64,000 nucleotides of DNA from Fonticula-like sp. SCN 57-25 (lineage: Eukaryota). The position numbers and the translations under genes were made by a program. The stretch spans positions 1-64,000 of the forward strand of contig MEDX01000002.1 in assembly GCA_001724245.1 (NCBI GenBank). The letters run 5' to 3'. How positions within the stretch are numbered: the first letter of the stretch is position 1; each line of letters starts with the position of its first letter. Below, piece by piece: positions 12,253 through 26,574 of the stretch. The notes beneath the pieces were generated by a model. It ran no database searches. It was given only the letters and a program-made list of their open reading frames with translations, and was not told where the DNA came from.

Positions 12253-15200
12253 TCACTTTTCCAATCTCGCCTTTTGCCTCTCATACGCAATCCTCAAAAA
12301 CCTATTCATCCCTCCAATAAACCTCTCCCCTCCCTGCTTCAACCCCTCAATCCTCCTTAAAAGTGCATACGTCATCCTCTGCACGGCATCACTCGGGTGA
12401 TACAGTGACTGCGCAATTGGGTACAAACCGCCATGCTGCGGCGTCAAATAGGATAAAAGTTCAATTACTTGCTCATCTGACGTGACACTTTTTGTAATGT
12501 CTTCAAATAAGGAAATAACTTCCTTTTCGGGCATATTCTGCGCCACAAATAGCCTTTTTAGGACCCTCTTAACGTCCACTCCCTTTATGGCCGCCGCATC
12601 TTTCTGATCCGCCGCATCCTTGACATAATTCACATACGATTCATTCCCAGAATTCTTCCACTGCTCTGCCCTCCTCTGATTGGCCAGAGTAAATTTCTTG
12701 CGCGCAACTTCATCTGCAAACTCTGCCTCGTCATTGGCCAAATCAACAATCCCTTGCGCATATTCCCGGAATTGCAGCCTGATCTGATCTTCGGAATGAT
12801 GACTCGAAATGGACAACAATACACGCTGAATAAACTCATTGTCCATGGCCACGTGGGCATCAGGGGCAGAAGTGGCGGGAATGTGTGAGGCGAGTTTGAC
12901 TGTGCCCGTGGCCACGTTGCATAGGACGTCCCACCATTTCTCCATTTCTTCAAAGCGGGGGTTGGTGACGCCGGCAATGAAACCGGGACTAGAAAGGAAA
13001 GAAGGGAAACGGTAAGTGAAAGAAGGGTTAAGAAGGAGAAGAAGAGTAATATAATACATCAATGATGATCATCAATTATACTCAATGATGGTCATCAATG
13101 ATACTCAATGATCATCATCAATGACACTCATTACCATCAATGATACTCATCAATGATACACATGATACTCAATGATACACATGATACTCGATGGTACTCA
13201 TCAATGGTACTCATACATGATCATCAACAATGGCACTCATCAATGATACTCATCAATGATACTCAATGACACTCAATGACACTCATACCATCAATGACAC
13301 TCAACGATACTCAATAATATTGCTCAATGATACTCATACATGATACTCATACATGATGATCAATCATCAATGACACTCAATGATACTCAATGATACTCAA
13401 TGACACTCATGATCATCAATGATAATGACACTCATCATCATCAATGATACTCATGACACTCATCAATGATACTCATCAATCATCAATGATACTCTATGCC
13501 ACACAATGACACTCAATGACACTCAACAACACTCAATAATACTCAATACCACTCAATACCAATACTATTACCATCCCCTTCCCCTACTTTTCCTCTCCCC
13601 CCCCTATATTCCAATCATTTCCGTACTAACTGAGCATTGTATCCAAATTAACCAGATTCGTATACGGAAACGCCCTCTTTGTAAACCCCCTCAGCGGTGG
13701 CGCCATCATCGCACACGCCGCAAGCACGTAATTGGCGACTACGCCAGAGGGCATGTTGTAGCCGCAAAAGATGATGCGCTGCTGGCGGAGGAGAGCGTTG
13801 AAGATGAGCATGACGCCGTTTTCGCCTTTTGTTGTTGGTTGGGCGAATTTGCGGACCAGTTCAATTAGGGAGAACTGAAGTAATGGGTCAGTAAGGGAAG
13901 GAAAGTAGACAAAAGTAGACAAAAAGTATCTAAAAAGTATACAAAAAGTATAAAAAATACATCAAAAAGTATCTATAATACATCTATAATACATCTAAAA
14001 GTATCTATAATACATCTATAATACATCCATAATACATCCATAATGCATCCACAATACATCTAAAAAACATCCATAAAACAACATCATATCCACAATACAT
14101 CCAAAAACCACCCTCAAATTACCCACAATACATCCAAGAATCACCCCCAAATTCACCCCCAACTTCACTTAATCCAATAATCTCCCTCATTCGTACGTCT
14201 CCGACCTCGTCCTCGTGCAGTGTCACAGGCAACTTCATCGGAATATCCGTCTTTCCAAACCTCACTTTCGTCGCAAAGAACCTCCTATCAACCCCCGACA
14301 GCGCATCTGCCCCGCCCGCAGCCCTCACAATGCGCCGCTCGCTCTTGCTCAGCACCGGGTAATTCGTCAGATCCATCGCCATGATGTTGTCGTAGAGCTG
14401 CTGGATCACGCCGATCTCGGGCGTCTTGAAGAACTCATCGAGCGCCATGAGGAGGAGCGGCTTGTAGACGTGCACGGACGAGTGCTGCGTGCAGATGGCG
14501 ATGGCTTTGGTGCGCGCGCCGCGCTTGACGCCGGGGATGCTGTTGGTGCGCACGATGTTGAGGCAATGCAGGAAGGGTTTGGGGGTGTCAGGGGCAGAGT
14601 CTGGGGTGGGAGTGATCGCGGCATTGTCGGATGGGGAGAGGGCGGCGGCGGCGGCGGCGGCGGAAAAGAGGGAGAGGAAGGAGAGGAAGCGGGTCTCGTC
14701 GTCGGGGGTGGTGAAGCGGACGCCGATCGCGACGTCATCGTCGATGACGACATCGTACATGGGTTCCATCTGCTGGAACTGGAGAGCGGTGCTGCGGCGA
14801 CTATGGAAAAGGGTGAGAAAAAGAAGTAAAAGAAGAAAAGAAAGAAGAAGAAAAAGTAGAAAAAACAGTAAAAGAAGAGAAAACAAAGGTAAAAATAACA
14901 TAACAATTACAGGTAAATCACATCATCATCGACCTTGCGTACAGTATTTTGTCGGTGCCTGAGAATGAGATTGAGTTTTGGCCGAGCGTGACGGTTTGTT
15001 TTGCCGTGCCGATCATTTCCCACGCCTGGCTGCTCTCCGTGTAGAGGTACACGTAGCCTTCCAGGGTGCCGACCGCGAGCGCGATCGCATTCTCGGCCTC
15101 GGATACGGTCGCGGCGGCTTCGGCATGCAGCGTCGATGCCGCGGCGGCCGCTTTGGCGCGCGCTTCGGCCTCTTGCGCCGCCTTGCGCACGCGTACGGCC

Positions 15201-15453
15201 TCGGGAAGGGGCTGGTTCAGGAAAAAGACCGTCCAGTCCTGCACCGACTTGTGGGCGCCATCGGGAAGCATCAGCTCGGCCAGCACACTGTGGAGATTGT
15301 TAGCAGGGATCTCAAAAAGAAACCAGAAAGGAAGCGAGATGCGCACGAAACATCGTTTCCCGTCTCTTTCGGGTACTGAAATGAGACGACGCTGCCCTTT
15401 TCAATGTCAAACTCGGCCACGAGGATCGTGTCAATGGGCGGCGGCGGCGCCAT
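12253..15453 (-). CDS. Afi1/MesA-like DENN-related polarity protein, 4-5 introns
   Basis: ILVAEFDIEKGSVVSFQYP, LAELMLPDGAH..QDWTVFFLN, VKRGARTKAIAICT, YKPLLLMALDEFF, RAFPYTNL, GFIAGVTNPRFEE..WWDVLCN. Confidence 0.85.
13050..13570. repeat. Intronic imperfect repeat island (ATCAATGAYACTC)
   Basis: Visible degenerate tandem words. Confidence 0.9.
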
Positions 15454-15655
15454 GTTTATATTTGGCGCAGCAACACTCGCCGGCTCCGCCGAGTCAGCTT
15501 TGTTTAGCACAATTTGCAAATTTGCAAATTTGTGATTGGTCCAATCAGCATCTCGAACATCACGTGACGCGCTGACACGTGTTCCGCTTCTCCTGCACTT
15601 TTTCCCACTCCGCCCTCCCTCCGCAAAGGAAGAAAAAGAGACGAATCGTAGCAAC
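15454..15655. promoter_or_regulatory. Bidirectional promoter between the Afi1-like gene and enolase
   Basis: AATTTGCAAATTTGCAAATTT, inverted CCAAT pair GATTGGTCCAATC, TCACGTGA and ACACGTGT E-boxes. Confidence 0.55.
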
Positions 15656-17638
<1,983 letters not shown>

Positions 17639-17759
17639 TTACCGGCCGATGCGAACTGTCTCTCGTTTACCTTATTGTCATAAATGCATCGCCTCCAAAT
17701 AAAGAGTGTCTACACATACATGTGTCATTTGATATATTGGGAGATTATTATCATTCCCT

Positions 17760-18045
17760 TTCAAAAGAAGTAAGTATTAAAAGAAGTATCAAAGTAAGTA
17801 TCAAAGTAGTATCAAAGTAAATATCAAAGTAAGTATCAAAGTAAGTATGAAAGTATCAAAGTAGTATCAAAAGATGTATTAAAAGATGTATCAAAACATG
17901 TCCCATAGAGATGTCTCTATCAAAAGATGTATCAAAAGATGTATCAAAGATAACTCTATAGAGATGTCCCTTTCAAAAGAAGTATCTAAAGATAATCCTA
18001 TAAAGATGTCCTTATCAAAAGATGACATTGTCCATATCAAAAGAA
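17760..18045. repeat. Convergent intergenic island (GTATCAAA)
   Basis: Visible degenerate tandem words. Confidence 0.85.
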
Positions 18046-18102
18046 GCAACTTTCGTATCAATATCAGCCTATATTACTATACAATACAATTACATATTTG
18101 TT

Positions 18103-20962
18103 TTACTTTGCCTTTTTCTCTCTCCTTTCAAACAGTCTCATGATCCTCCCCTGCAACTGCAGATCGAGCATCGATGTCGCCGCCATCAGCACGACAATGA
18201 CAAGCTGACCCGCCACGAGCATGGCTAGCATGCCGGCAGTGGCGCGCTTGTCGGCAGTGCCTTCGGGAAGTTTGCAGGCGCGGCGGATCTGGGCGACGCG
18301 CATCGCATCATCAACAAGCGACACAATTGCACTAGAGGAAGGGAAAAGTAAGTAAAAAATGAGAAGGGATTAAAGAAACAAAATGTACACAAAAAGAGGT
18401 AAAAAGTGCATAAAAAGAGGTAAAAAGTGTTTAAAATGACACAAAAAGTGTCAACAATGAACTACACAAAAAGTACCAAAAAGTACCAAAATGCACCAAA
18501 AAGTACCAAAATGACATCAAAATGCACCAAAATGACACATTTTCCTTCATTTTCCCACATTTTCCATTCATTTTCAACATAATTTCGTACTTTGCGTCAT
18601 GTTGTGCCAATCTCGAATAGAACATTGCGTGAGACATTTCGCGCCGCCCCACCGACTCCAACGCCCTTTCCATCTTTTCACTCATCACGTGCATTCTTTT
18701 CACAATGGCCACGTGGACATCCCCACTCACCCCAAACGGCCTAATTAATTCCACTGAATGTTCAACTGCCCTTTTCTGACCCTCAAAATAGGCAAAAACG
18801 GCATTTCTAACAATGGAATCGACCAAAAAAGCGGCAATTTCATATGAAAAATGGTTCGAAAAAGGGCCAAAAGGCGAATGTCCAGTACCAAAAACATAGT
18901 CTGGCATTGGCGCATTATGAAGCGCACTCCATGTTAAATAGGGCGCGCCAACACCCCATAGTGATTCAAACAATGCTGCAGTCACTGCACGTGACATGCT
19001 TGATGACGTGGCAGATAATGGTTGGCCATCGCATGCAAACTGGGCATAGTACGCTGACTGTGCGCCGCCGTCCAGTAATAGTACAATGTCATCAAATACA
19101 GCATAATGATCACGTGACGTGTCGGAAGTGTCGAATAAGGCACGTGACGTCGTGTTGAATATGACGATTGGGACTGTTTGGACGGCGGAATTAATACTCG
19201 TTAATGATCGCACAAGATCAAGGCCAAGCACAAGTGAACGAAGTAAGGATGCGTCCACGTGGTGAGCGACACCGTCTTGAGTGACTGTTGACTACATGGT
19301 CACGTGAGTATTATGATCACGTGATGATGATCGTACGTAAGTGGCGGCTGCGAGTTGTGCGAGGAGAGATTTGTTATCGGTGGGAGGGACGGCGTGGTTG
19401 GTGACGAGAAGTTTGCGGCCGGGGTAGTGAAGTGGAGCAAGCTAGAAGAAGGGTAAGGAAAGGGGAAGAAGAAGGGGGTTAGAAGAAGAGTAATATTATA
19501 TATGGCAAGTGGACATGGTCAACATGGTCAAGTAGACATGGTCAAGTAGACATGGTGAACATGGTCAAGTGAACATGGTCATCAATGATACCACATGGTT
19601 ATCAATGACATGAACATGGTCATCAGTGATACCAATATGGTCATCAGTGATGTCAATATGGTCATCAGTGATATGGTCAAGTGAACATGGGCATGGTAGA
19701 CACATCAATGGTGATACCAGTATGGCATGATCATGAACATCAATGACAAGTGATCATGACAGATGAACACAATGAACACAAGTAAACATCGATAACCTCA
19801 TATGACAATAATAACAATATAGCAAACTTCAAATGACGTACCTTTCTCTGAAGTGCCGATGCCATATTCGGATCACGACGAGCATTCTCACTACACAGTG
19901 TTAACACCCATATACACTTTCACCCAACGCACTCTTCCGATGCAATGAATAGCCTGACGTCCATATCAGCATCTCTCACCTTGCCATCAAATATGGGCAA
20001 TTTTCCCACCGACGGCACAATGGTATGCTCGACAATCGCCCCCACAAATGACGCGAGCGCCGTCTCAAACGCCTCGAGCAGCACGCCATTCTGCCTTGTA
20101 AACTCTGCCAGGCTGGGCATGCTGTGGTCAGCGACGGCGCCCAGAAAGACTGTCCCGACGGTGCGGTTCGGCGCGGCGCCTTTTTCGACGAGCTGCGCGC
20201 CGAGATCGACCCACGTGAGGCGGTCCTGCGTGACGAGGAGCGACGAGCCGCAGGTGTCGGAGGGGGACATGCGGTAGGTGTAGGGGCCGCGCGTGCCGGC
20301 GGGGAGGTTGAGCAGGTAGATGGCGCTGAAGAGGCCAACGCGGTGGTGCTCGCCGCGGACGGCGGCGTCGAGCGAGATGATGTCGCGGATGGGGCCGGTG
20401 CCGGAGGCGGCGAGGAGGGATGCGTAGAGGGTGGGGGGGGCATGCGAGACGGAAATCGAATAGTCATACTCAATTGAAACAGCCTAAGGAAACGAATATG
20501 TTAGTTAAATACAAAAATACTTGTTTTTACTCTTTTTCGTACGTCATCGTAAAAGACGCTGGGGGATGAGGGGAGCTGGAGGCGCTCGAGGCGACGGCGA
20601 AACTGGCCGGCATCGACGCGGATGCCGCCGGCGCCGTCGCCGTTGAAGCCGACGAGAACGACGCTCACGAATTCGGTGAGGCGTTTCGAGTTGATGCGGT
20701 CGAGAAGAGTGGAAATGTCGGCGTTGCCGAGAGAGGCAAAGATCGGGGATGTGTCAGAGAGCCACCGAAAGGTGTCGACATTGGCCAAGGGATGTTTCTC
20801 CATCGTCGTGCCTGCGCAAATTTTAGCAAACAAAAACATCAAAATTGGATTTTTAGTACCAAAGGCGTCGGCGTCGCGCGTCGCGCCCGCCGCGGCGAGG
20901 CACACGTTCGCCGCGGCCGCGAGCAGCAGCATCAGCGCCGCCCACCGACCTGCCATCGCCAT
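18103..20962 (-). CDS. Uncharacterised type I membrane protein with signal peptide, C-terminal TM and KKxx tail, about 6 introns
   Basis: N-terminal hydrophobic signal; conserved-looking block [33 protein letters not shown] followed by REKKAK*. Confidence 0.7.
19500..19800. repeat. Intronic island (ACATGGTCA)
   Basis: Visible degenerate tandem words. Confidence 0.88.
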
Positions 20963-21051
20963 TCGCGCAGTCAGCAAATCTGAAACGGACCGAAACGGAC
21001 CGAAACCGACGTTTCCGCTTTCTGTTTCACGTGTTGGAGCGGTCGAAAGGG

Positions 21052-21979
21052 ATGTCGCTGCGTGTTCTCGTCGGGTGCAAGCGCGCCATTGATTATGCGG
21101 TCAAGATCCGCGTCCGTTCTGACGGGCTCGGCGTCGAGACGCAGAATGTCAAGCACAGCATGAACCCCTTTGACGAAATCGCGCTCGAGGAGGCTGTCAA
21201 GCTCAAGGAGAAGAAGCTCGCCGCCGAGGTAAGTCTTGTTTTTCCGCTCTTTTTGTGTGCCCCGCCGGCTGGCTAACAGCGCCCTCGCCTTAATTCAGGT
21301 TATCGCCGTGAGCTGCGGCGGCCCCGCCTCGCAGGAGGTTCTCCGCAATGCGCTCGCCCGCGGCGCCGACCGCGCGATCCATGTCTCCTCGGAGGACAAC
21401 ATTGAGCCGCTGGCCGTCGCCAAGGTGCTCAAGGCCGTCGCCGAGAAGAACAAGGTCGACCTCGTGCTGCTCGGCAAGCAGGCCATCGACGACGACTCGG
21501 CCCAGACCGCGCCCATGACCGCGGCGCTCCTCAACTGGCCCCAGGTACGGCTCCTTTTTTGGTTTTCTTTCTCTGACGGCGGCATCAGGGTCTCTTTGCG
21601 GCCAAGCTGGACTACAGCCCGGAGACCAAGGTCGTCACCGTCCTCCGCGAGATTGACGGCGGCCTCGAGACGCTCAACCTGCAGACGCCCGCCGTCGTGT
21701 CGGCCGATCTCCGCCTCAACGTGCCCCGCATCACCAACCTCCAGAACATCATGGTGCGAATCATATTTTTTTTCGCTTGCTGCTGCTGACCTTGCCGCGC
21801 TCCTGCAGAAAGCCAAGAAGCGCCCGATTGAGGCCGAGACGCCGGAGAGCCTCGGCGTCACTGTCGACTCGCGCCTCAAGGTCGTCAAGGTCGCCGAGCC
21901 GCCGAAGCGGACGGGCGGAGGCAAGGTCGCCAACGTCGATGAGCTCATCGCCAAGCTCAAGGCCGCCGGCACCCTGTAA
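21052..21979 (+). CDS. ETFB: Electron transfer flavoprotein beta subunit, 3 introns
   Basis: [43 protein letters not shown]. Confidence 0.97.
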
Positions 21980-22106
21980 AAAAGAAGCCAAGGGGAGCGC
22001 CCTTTGCGCTATCTCATATTTACATTCAATAATACACATTTAATATTTGACGCCCTTTGATGCCATTTTTTAAGTGTGGGAAGTCGATGCCGATCGTGTT
22101 CAGACC

Positions 22107-23267
22107 ATGTTTCGCCACGTGATCGCGCGGGTCGGTCGGCGCGCGCTGTCGGCCGCGGCCGCGCCGGCGTCGGCCACGGCGCCCGTGCAGTCTCTCTTGA
22201 AGAACGAGGCCGTGCTTCGGTCCATTGCGAACGCGACGGCCGCGGGGTGGACGCCGCTGCGCCTCGCCAAGGATCTCGAGCCGTCGCTCAAGGATGTCGG
22301 CACGCGCGATCTCGTGTTGCTCAGCTACACGCTCGTCAACGAAAAGAGTGCGTAATATTGATGATGATGCGGCTGCTCACACGGTACTGCAGGCAACATG
22401 CCGTTTGCGGCTGCTCTGCTGGAGACGGTGCGCGATCGCAACCAAGAGTTCCACAATGAAGCATCGACACTGCTGTGGGGCCTCTACCAGGATGGCGCTG
22501 ATGGTCTCCCGGCCGACAAGTCGCGCTCCCTCGTGCTGCTCGAGGCCGCTGCGGCCAGCGGCAACGCCACCGCGCAGGTGACGCTCGGCAAGCTTCTCTC
22601 TGACGGCCGTGATGTCCCGCAGGATCTCGATCGCGCGCGCTCCCTGTACCAGTCGGCCGCCGATCAGGGCGACATGGATGCCGTGTACTGCCTCGGCGTC
22701 CTCGCGCTCTCTGACGGCGACAAGTTCCTCGCAATGGACCTTCTCGAGAAAGCCGCCGCCGCAGGTGCGCCTCTATTGAATGGCTTTTGGCGTGTGATGC
22801 CGATGCCGACACCCATGCTCATGCTCTGATGCTGATGCTGATGCTTCTTCTCAGATCATCCCGAGGCGCATCTCGCGATGGGCGTTTTGCTGAGCGGCAG
22901 CCAGCAAGTCTCTGGCCCCGTCACCGACCTCATGCGCTCCTTCTCGCACTACGAGCGCGCCGCCAACCTCGGCGTCGCTCAGGCCTGGTTCAACATGGGC
23001 ACGTGCTACTTTATGGGCAAGGGCGTCCCGCACGACTTTGCCAAGGCCGCCGAGTGCTTTGAGCGCGCCGCCGAGGCCGGCTTTGAGCTCGCGCAGGTCA
23101 ACCTGGGCCACATGTACTTTCAGGGCCGCGGCGTCGCGCGCGATCTCGACAAGGCAGAGTACTACCTGAGGATGGCCGCGCCAAAGAATCAGGTCGCGAG
23201 ATCGTCGCTCGAGGCCATTGAAAAGGAAAGGCAGGTCGGCAAGGGAAGTGATTCGGACGTCGACTAA
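22107..23267 (+). CDS. Sel1-repeat protein, probably mitochondrial, 2 introns
   Basis: Repeated AQxxLGxxYxxGxGVxxDxxxAxxxxxxAA units; Arg/Ala-rich presequence MFRHVIARVGRRALS. Confidence 0.88.
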
Positions 23268-24002
23268 ACGTGTAAACATATTTGAATGTTAAATAATAGT
23301 ATCTATAGACGAGGTAAAGTATGGATAAAGTATCTATAGGGAAGGTTGCTTTAAGGGGTTGGCGGGGATGGCCCCTGATTATGGGTTGTAATATGGGAGT
23401 TAAGGGGCTATATATAGGCTGCTATTTGGCATGTATATTGTGGCAAACCACCTGCCACTTTACAGATATATATTCAGTTCTATGGCCGGTCAAGCTATGG
23501 TCATTCAGTTGGAATACCGATATGGCGCTCTAAAGTACCATAATATCATAGTTAACCGACATATATGCCACTGCTATCCTATTACCTAGCATGAATACCT
23601 GCATGTTATGCTGCACAGTTTCCGTATCCATACCAAGTACCCTATGTATTCCAATGTGAGTCCTTTGTTTACCTTTGCATTGTTGTCCATCTGAGCCCAT
23701 CTGGCCAGATGACGCACTCAAATACCAAAACGTGGCGCTAATATCTCCATTCGTGAAACTTGCTTAATCGGGACAAATCTAGAAATCCAGCCCTCCCATT
23801 GGCTGAAACACAGATCGCTCATCTTCCTATTGGCCGACAATGTTCCACTTTGCACGCGTCGGGCCGTTCCGCTGACTCCGTCTCGCAGTCCTGCTCCCCC
23901 CACCCCACACGCGGCTTGCTGCTTCCAGGCGAGCCATCCCTACGCTCTTTCCCTCCCTCTGCGCGCGCAACGACAAGGCGTATAGCGCACAAAAGCTCTG
24001 AA

Positions 24003-24740
24003 ATGTTGTCGCAAAAGTTTGCTCTCGCCACGATGGCGATCCAGATGGTACGGGGCGCGCTTCGCCATGGGGATGTCGCCGCTGACCGCATGGGATTGTA
24101 GGTGTACACTGCGCTGCTCGTCGCCATGTCGTTCGCCGCGACGGGGCTATACGGCGCGACGTTCGTGCCGGGCATCCTCTGCTCGGTCGCCTTTATCATT
24201 TCGCTGATCGGCACCATCAGCATTGCAAAGTACAGCGGCGTCATCTCTTTGCTGGTGCGTGGCCCCTTGGAATTCTGTTTGCCTCTCGCCCGATGATGGC
24301 CGTGCTCACACGTGCAAAAGGTCGGCGTCTTTTCCTTCCTTTGGGGCCTTTTCGCCATCGTCATGGCGCTCTTCTTCTTCAACGTGTTTGGCATCGGCCT
24401 CCCGATCGCCGACTACGGCAGCCTGTTCGCCGTCGTCATCTACGTGAGCCTCGGCGGCAATGTCACATCCTACGTGCTGCTCATCATCGGCGGCATCGTC
24501 TACGGCCTCAGCGCGCTCATTGGCGTACGCAGCGCTATAAATAACCCTTTTTGCTGACGAGCCGCGCGCAGATCCTCGTCTTTTCCTTCACGGTCTGGTT
24601 CTTTAAGGATCTCAAAGAATCCAACATCATGAGCTGTACGCACTCGTTTTTTGACACTTTTTTATGACTTTTTATGACTTTAAATGGCTAATAATGTGCG
24701 CGCAGTTGACTATAGCGACAAGTACGCTGGCTTCAACTAA
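24003..24740 (+). CDS. Small multi-pass membrane protein (about 4 TM), 4 introns
   Basis: Five exons joined by GTRCG..AG introns give a continuous hydrophobic ORF ending FDYSDKYAGFN*. Confidence 0.65.
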
Positions 24741-25222
24741 AGTCGGCGGCGGATCGGCCGTCAAAACCACCCCCAAAATTGTGCATGTTTTCAGTTCCCT
24801 TTTCGTCCCCTTTGTGTTTCGCTGTGTTCAAGTGAGTAGATGTATGTTTGCCGCCCCCAATTTTCCCTTAACTGTGCCTTGGTGAAGCGAGGCGTGCTGT
24901 GCGGCAGAGCGGCATTTCTGTTTCGTTGCCGTGATTGCTGGAAGAGTAAAAGTAATAAATAGCAGAATGAAAAGAAAAATTTGTTTTGATGCAAAGTAAA
25001 AGTATAAAGCAGAGAAAAAGTATGATATAAAGTATCATTTTAACGCATTGTATATGATGCAAAATAATATTTTGATGCAAATACGATGCAAAGTATTCAT
25101 AATTATATCATGCAAAGTATTCCCATATGAATCACTTTATTCTCATATGAATGACTTTATTCCCATATTACTTTATTCTCATATGATGCATTACATTTCT
25201 TATGCTTTGCTTCTCATATGAA

Positions 25223-26465
25223 TTACAGCTTGTCAAATGACGTCTTTCCACCCACCGTGACGATCTGCACAAGGCTGCCGCTCTCAACCGACTCGACATT
25301 CTGCGCCCACTCGAGCGTCTTACTACTCTTTTCATTAGCAAAAACATACCAAAAACATATCAAAAACATATATGAAAAAGTGCGTACGCAGCGATGACGT
25401 CAGTCGGCGTCCACGTGCCAAAGTCGGTTTCCGGGGTGGACCACTGGCGGTTGGCGGGCGTGTCGATCATGACGGGGAGGATCGCGAGGGTGCGGGCGCC
25501 GGCGGGCATGCCGCTGCCGTCGGCGGCGAGGCTGGCGGTGAGCTGGTGGACGGCGGCCTTGGCGAGGCCGTAGCCGATCATGCCTGGGGAGGGTTAGTGG
25601 GAAAGAAAAGGAAGGGAAGAGGGAAAGTGGAGGGAAAATGGAGGAAAAGAGGGTAAAATAAAAAAATGATAGTAAAATGATATAAAACAGTTAAGAAATG
25701 ATACGAAAATGACAAGAAAATGACATGAATAATGATCGTTAATGATGCCATGATGCCATGATGTCCATGTCGATGATGCCAATGACAATGTCAACATCAG
25801 TGATGTCAATGACACCAATAGTACTAATACAAATAATATCATAATACCCCAATAATACCATAATACTCCAATATTACCAATAACATCATTTGAAAAGGGA
25901 CGTACCGGGGGTGCCCTGGGCGGCGGCCTTGGCACCGGTGAGGACAAGGAGGCCGTTCCTAACCATGCATTAGCCCCATCATACCACGCCAATCTGCGTA
26001 CGGGGCAAGGAACTTGGCGGCGAGGGCGGCGGCGATGGTCGACGACTGCACGCTCTGCATCCAGGTGAGGCAGCAGTTCTTGATGAAATCTGTATGGCCA
26101 TGCGTCAGGAAAAAGGTCACGAAAAAAAGAGGGGATGCGCACCGCCCGACGAGGCGTTGCCGCCCGCCCAGCCACCGGCGACGCAGATGATGGCCGAGAA
26201 GAAGCCCTCGCCGGCAAAGGCGGCGACGTCGGCGGTGAGCTGCGCGCGCGCGTTAGGGATCGAGATGGAAAGGCGTGGGAACATGTCGTACGCCGGCGGC
26301 CTGATCCTCCCAGCTGGCGCCCGACTTGGCGACGACGTTGCGCGCGGCCTCAGCGTTGGGGGTAAAGTCAAGCGAGGTCACCTGCCAGTTGGCAGCAGCA
26401 AAGGCGGTCACGACCGCGCGGCCAACGGCACCATTGCCGCCAAACACAAGCACCTGGCGCGACAT
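25223..26465 (-). CDS. QDPR: Dihydropteridine reductase, 5 introns
   Basis: [53 protein letters not shown]. Confidence 0.95.
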
Positions 26466-26574
26466 CTCGTCCGTCCAAGCAAGGTCAAGGGTGATTGGAC
26501 AATAAGGTGGGATAATTGTTTTTCGACCAATCAGGTACGGTGTCATCGTTTGGCGCCAAATCCAATTGCAGAGG

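Noticed and set aside
13050-13570. CRISPR-like array
   Set aside because: No constant repeat with unique spacers; degenerate eukaryotic simple repeat
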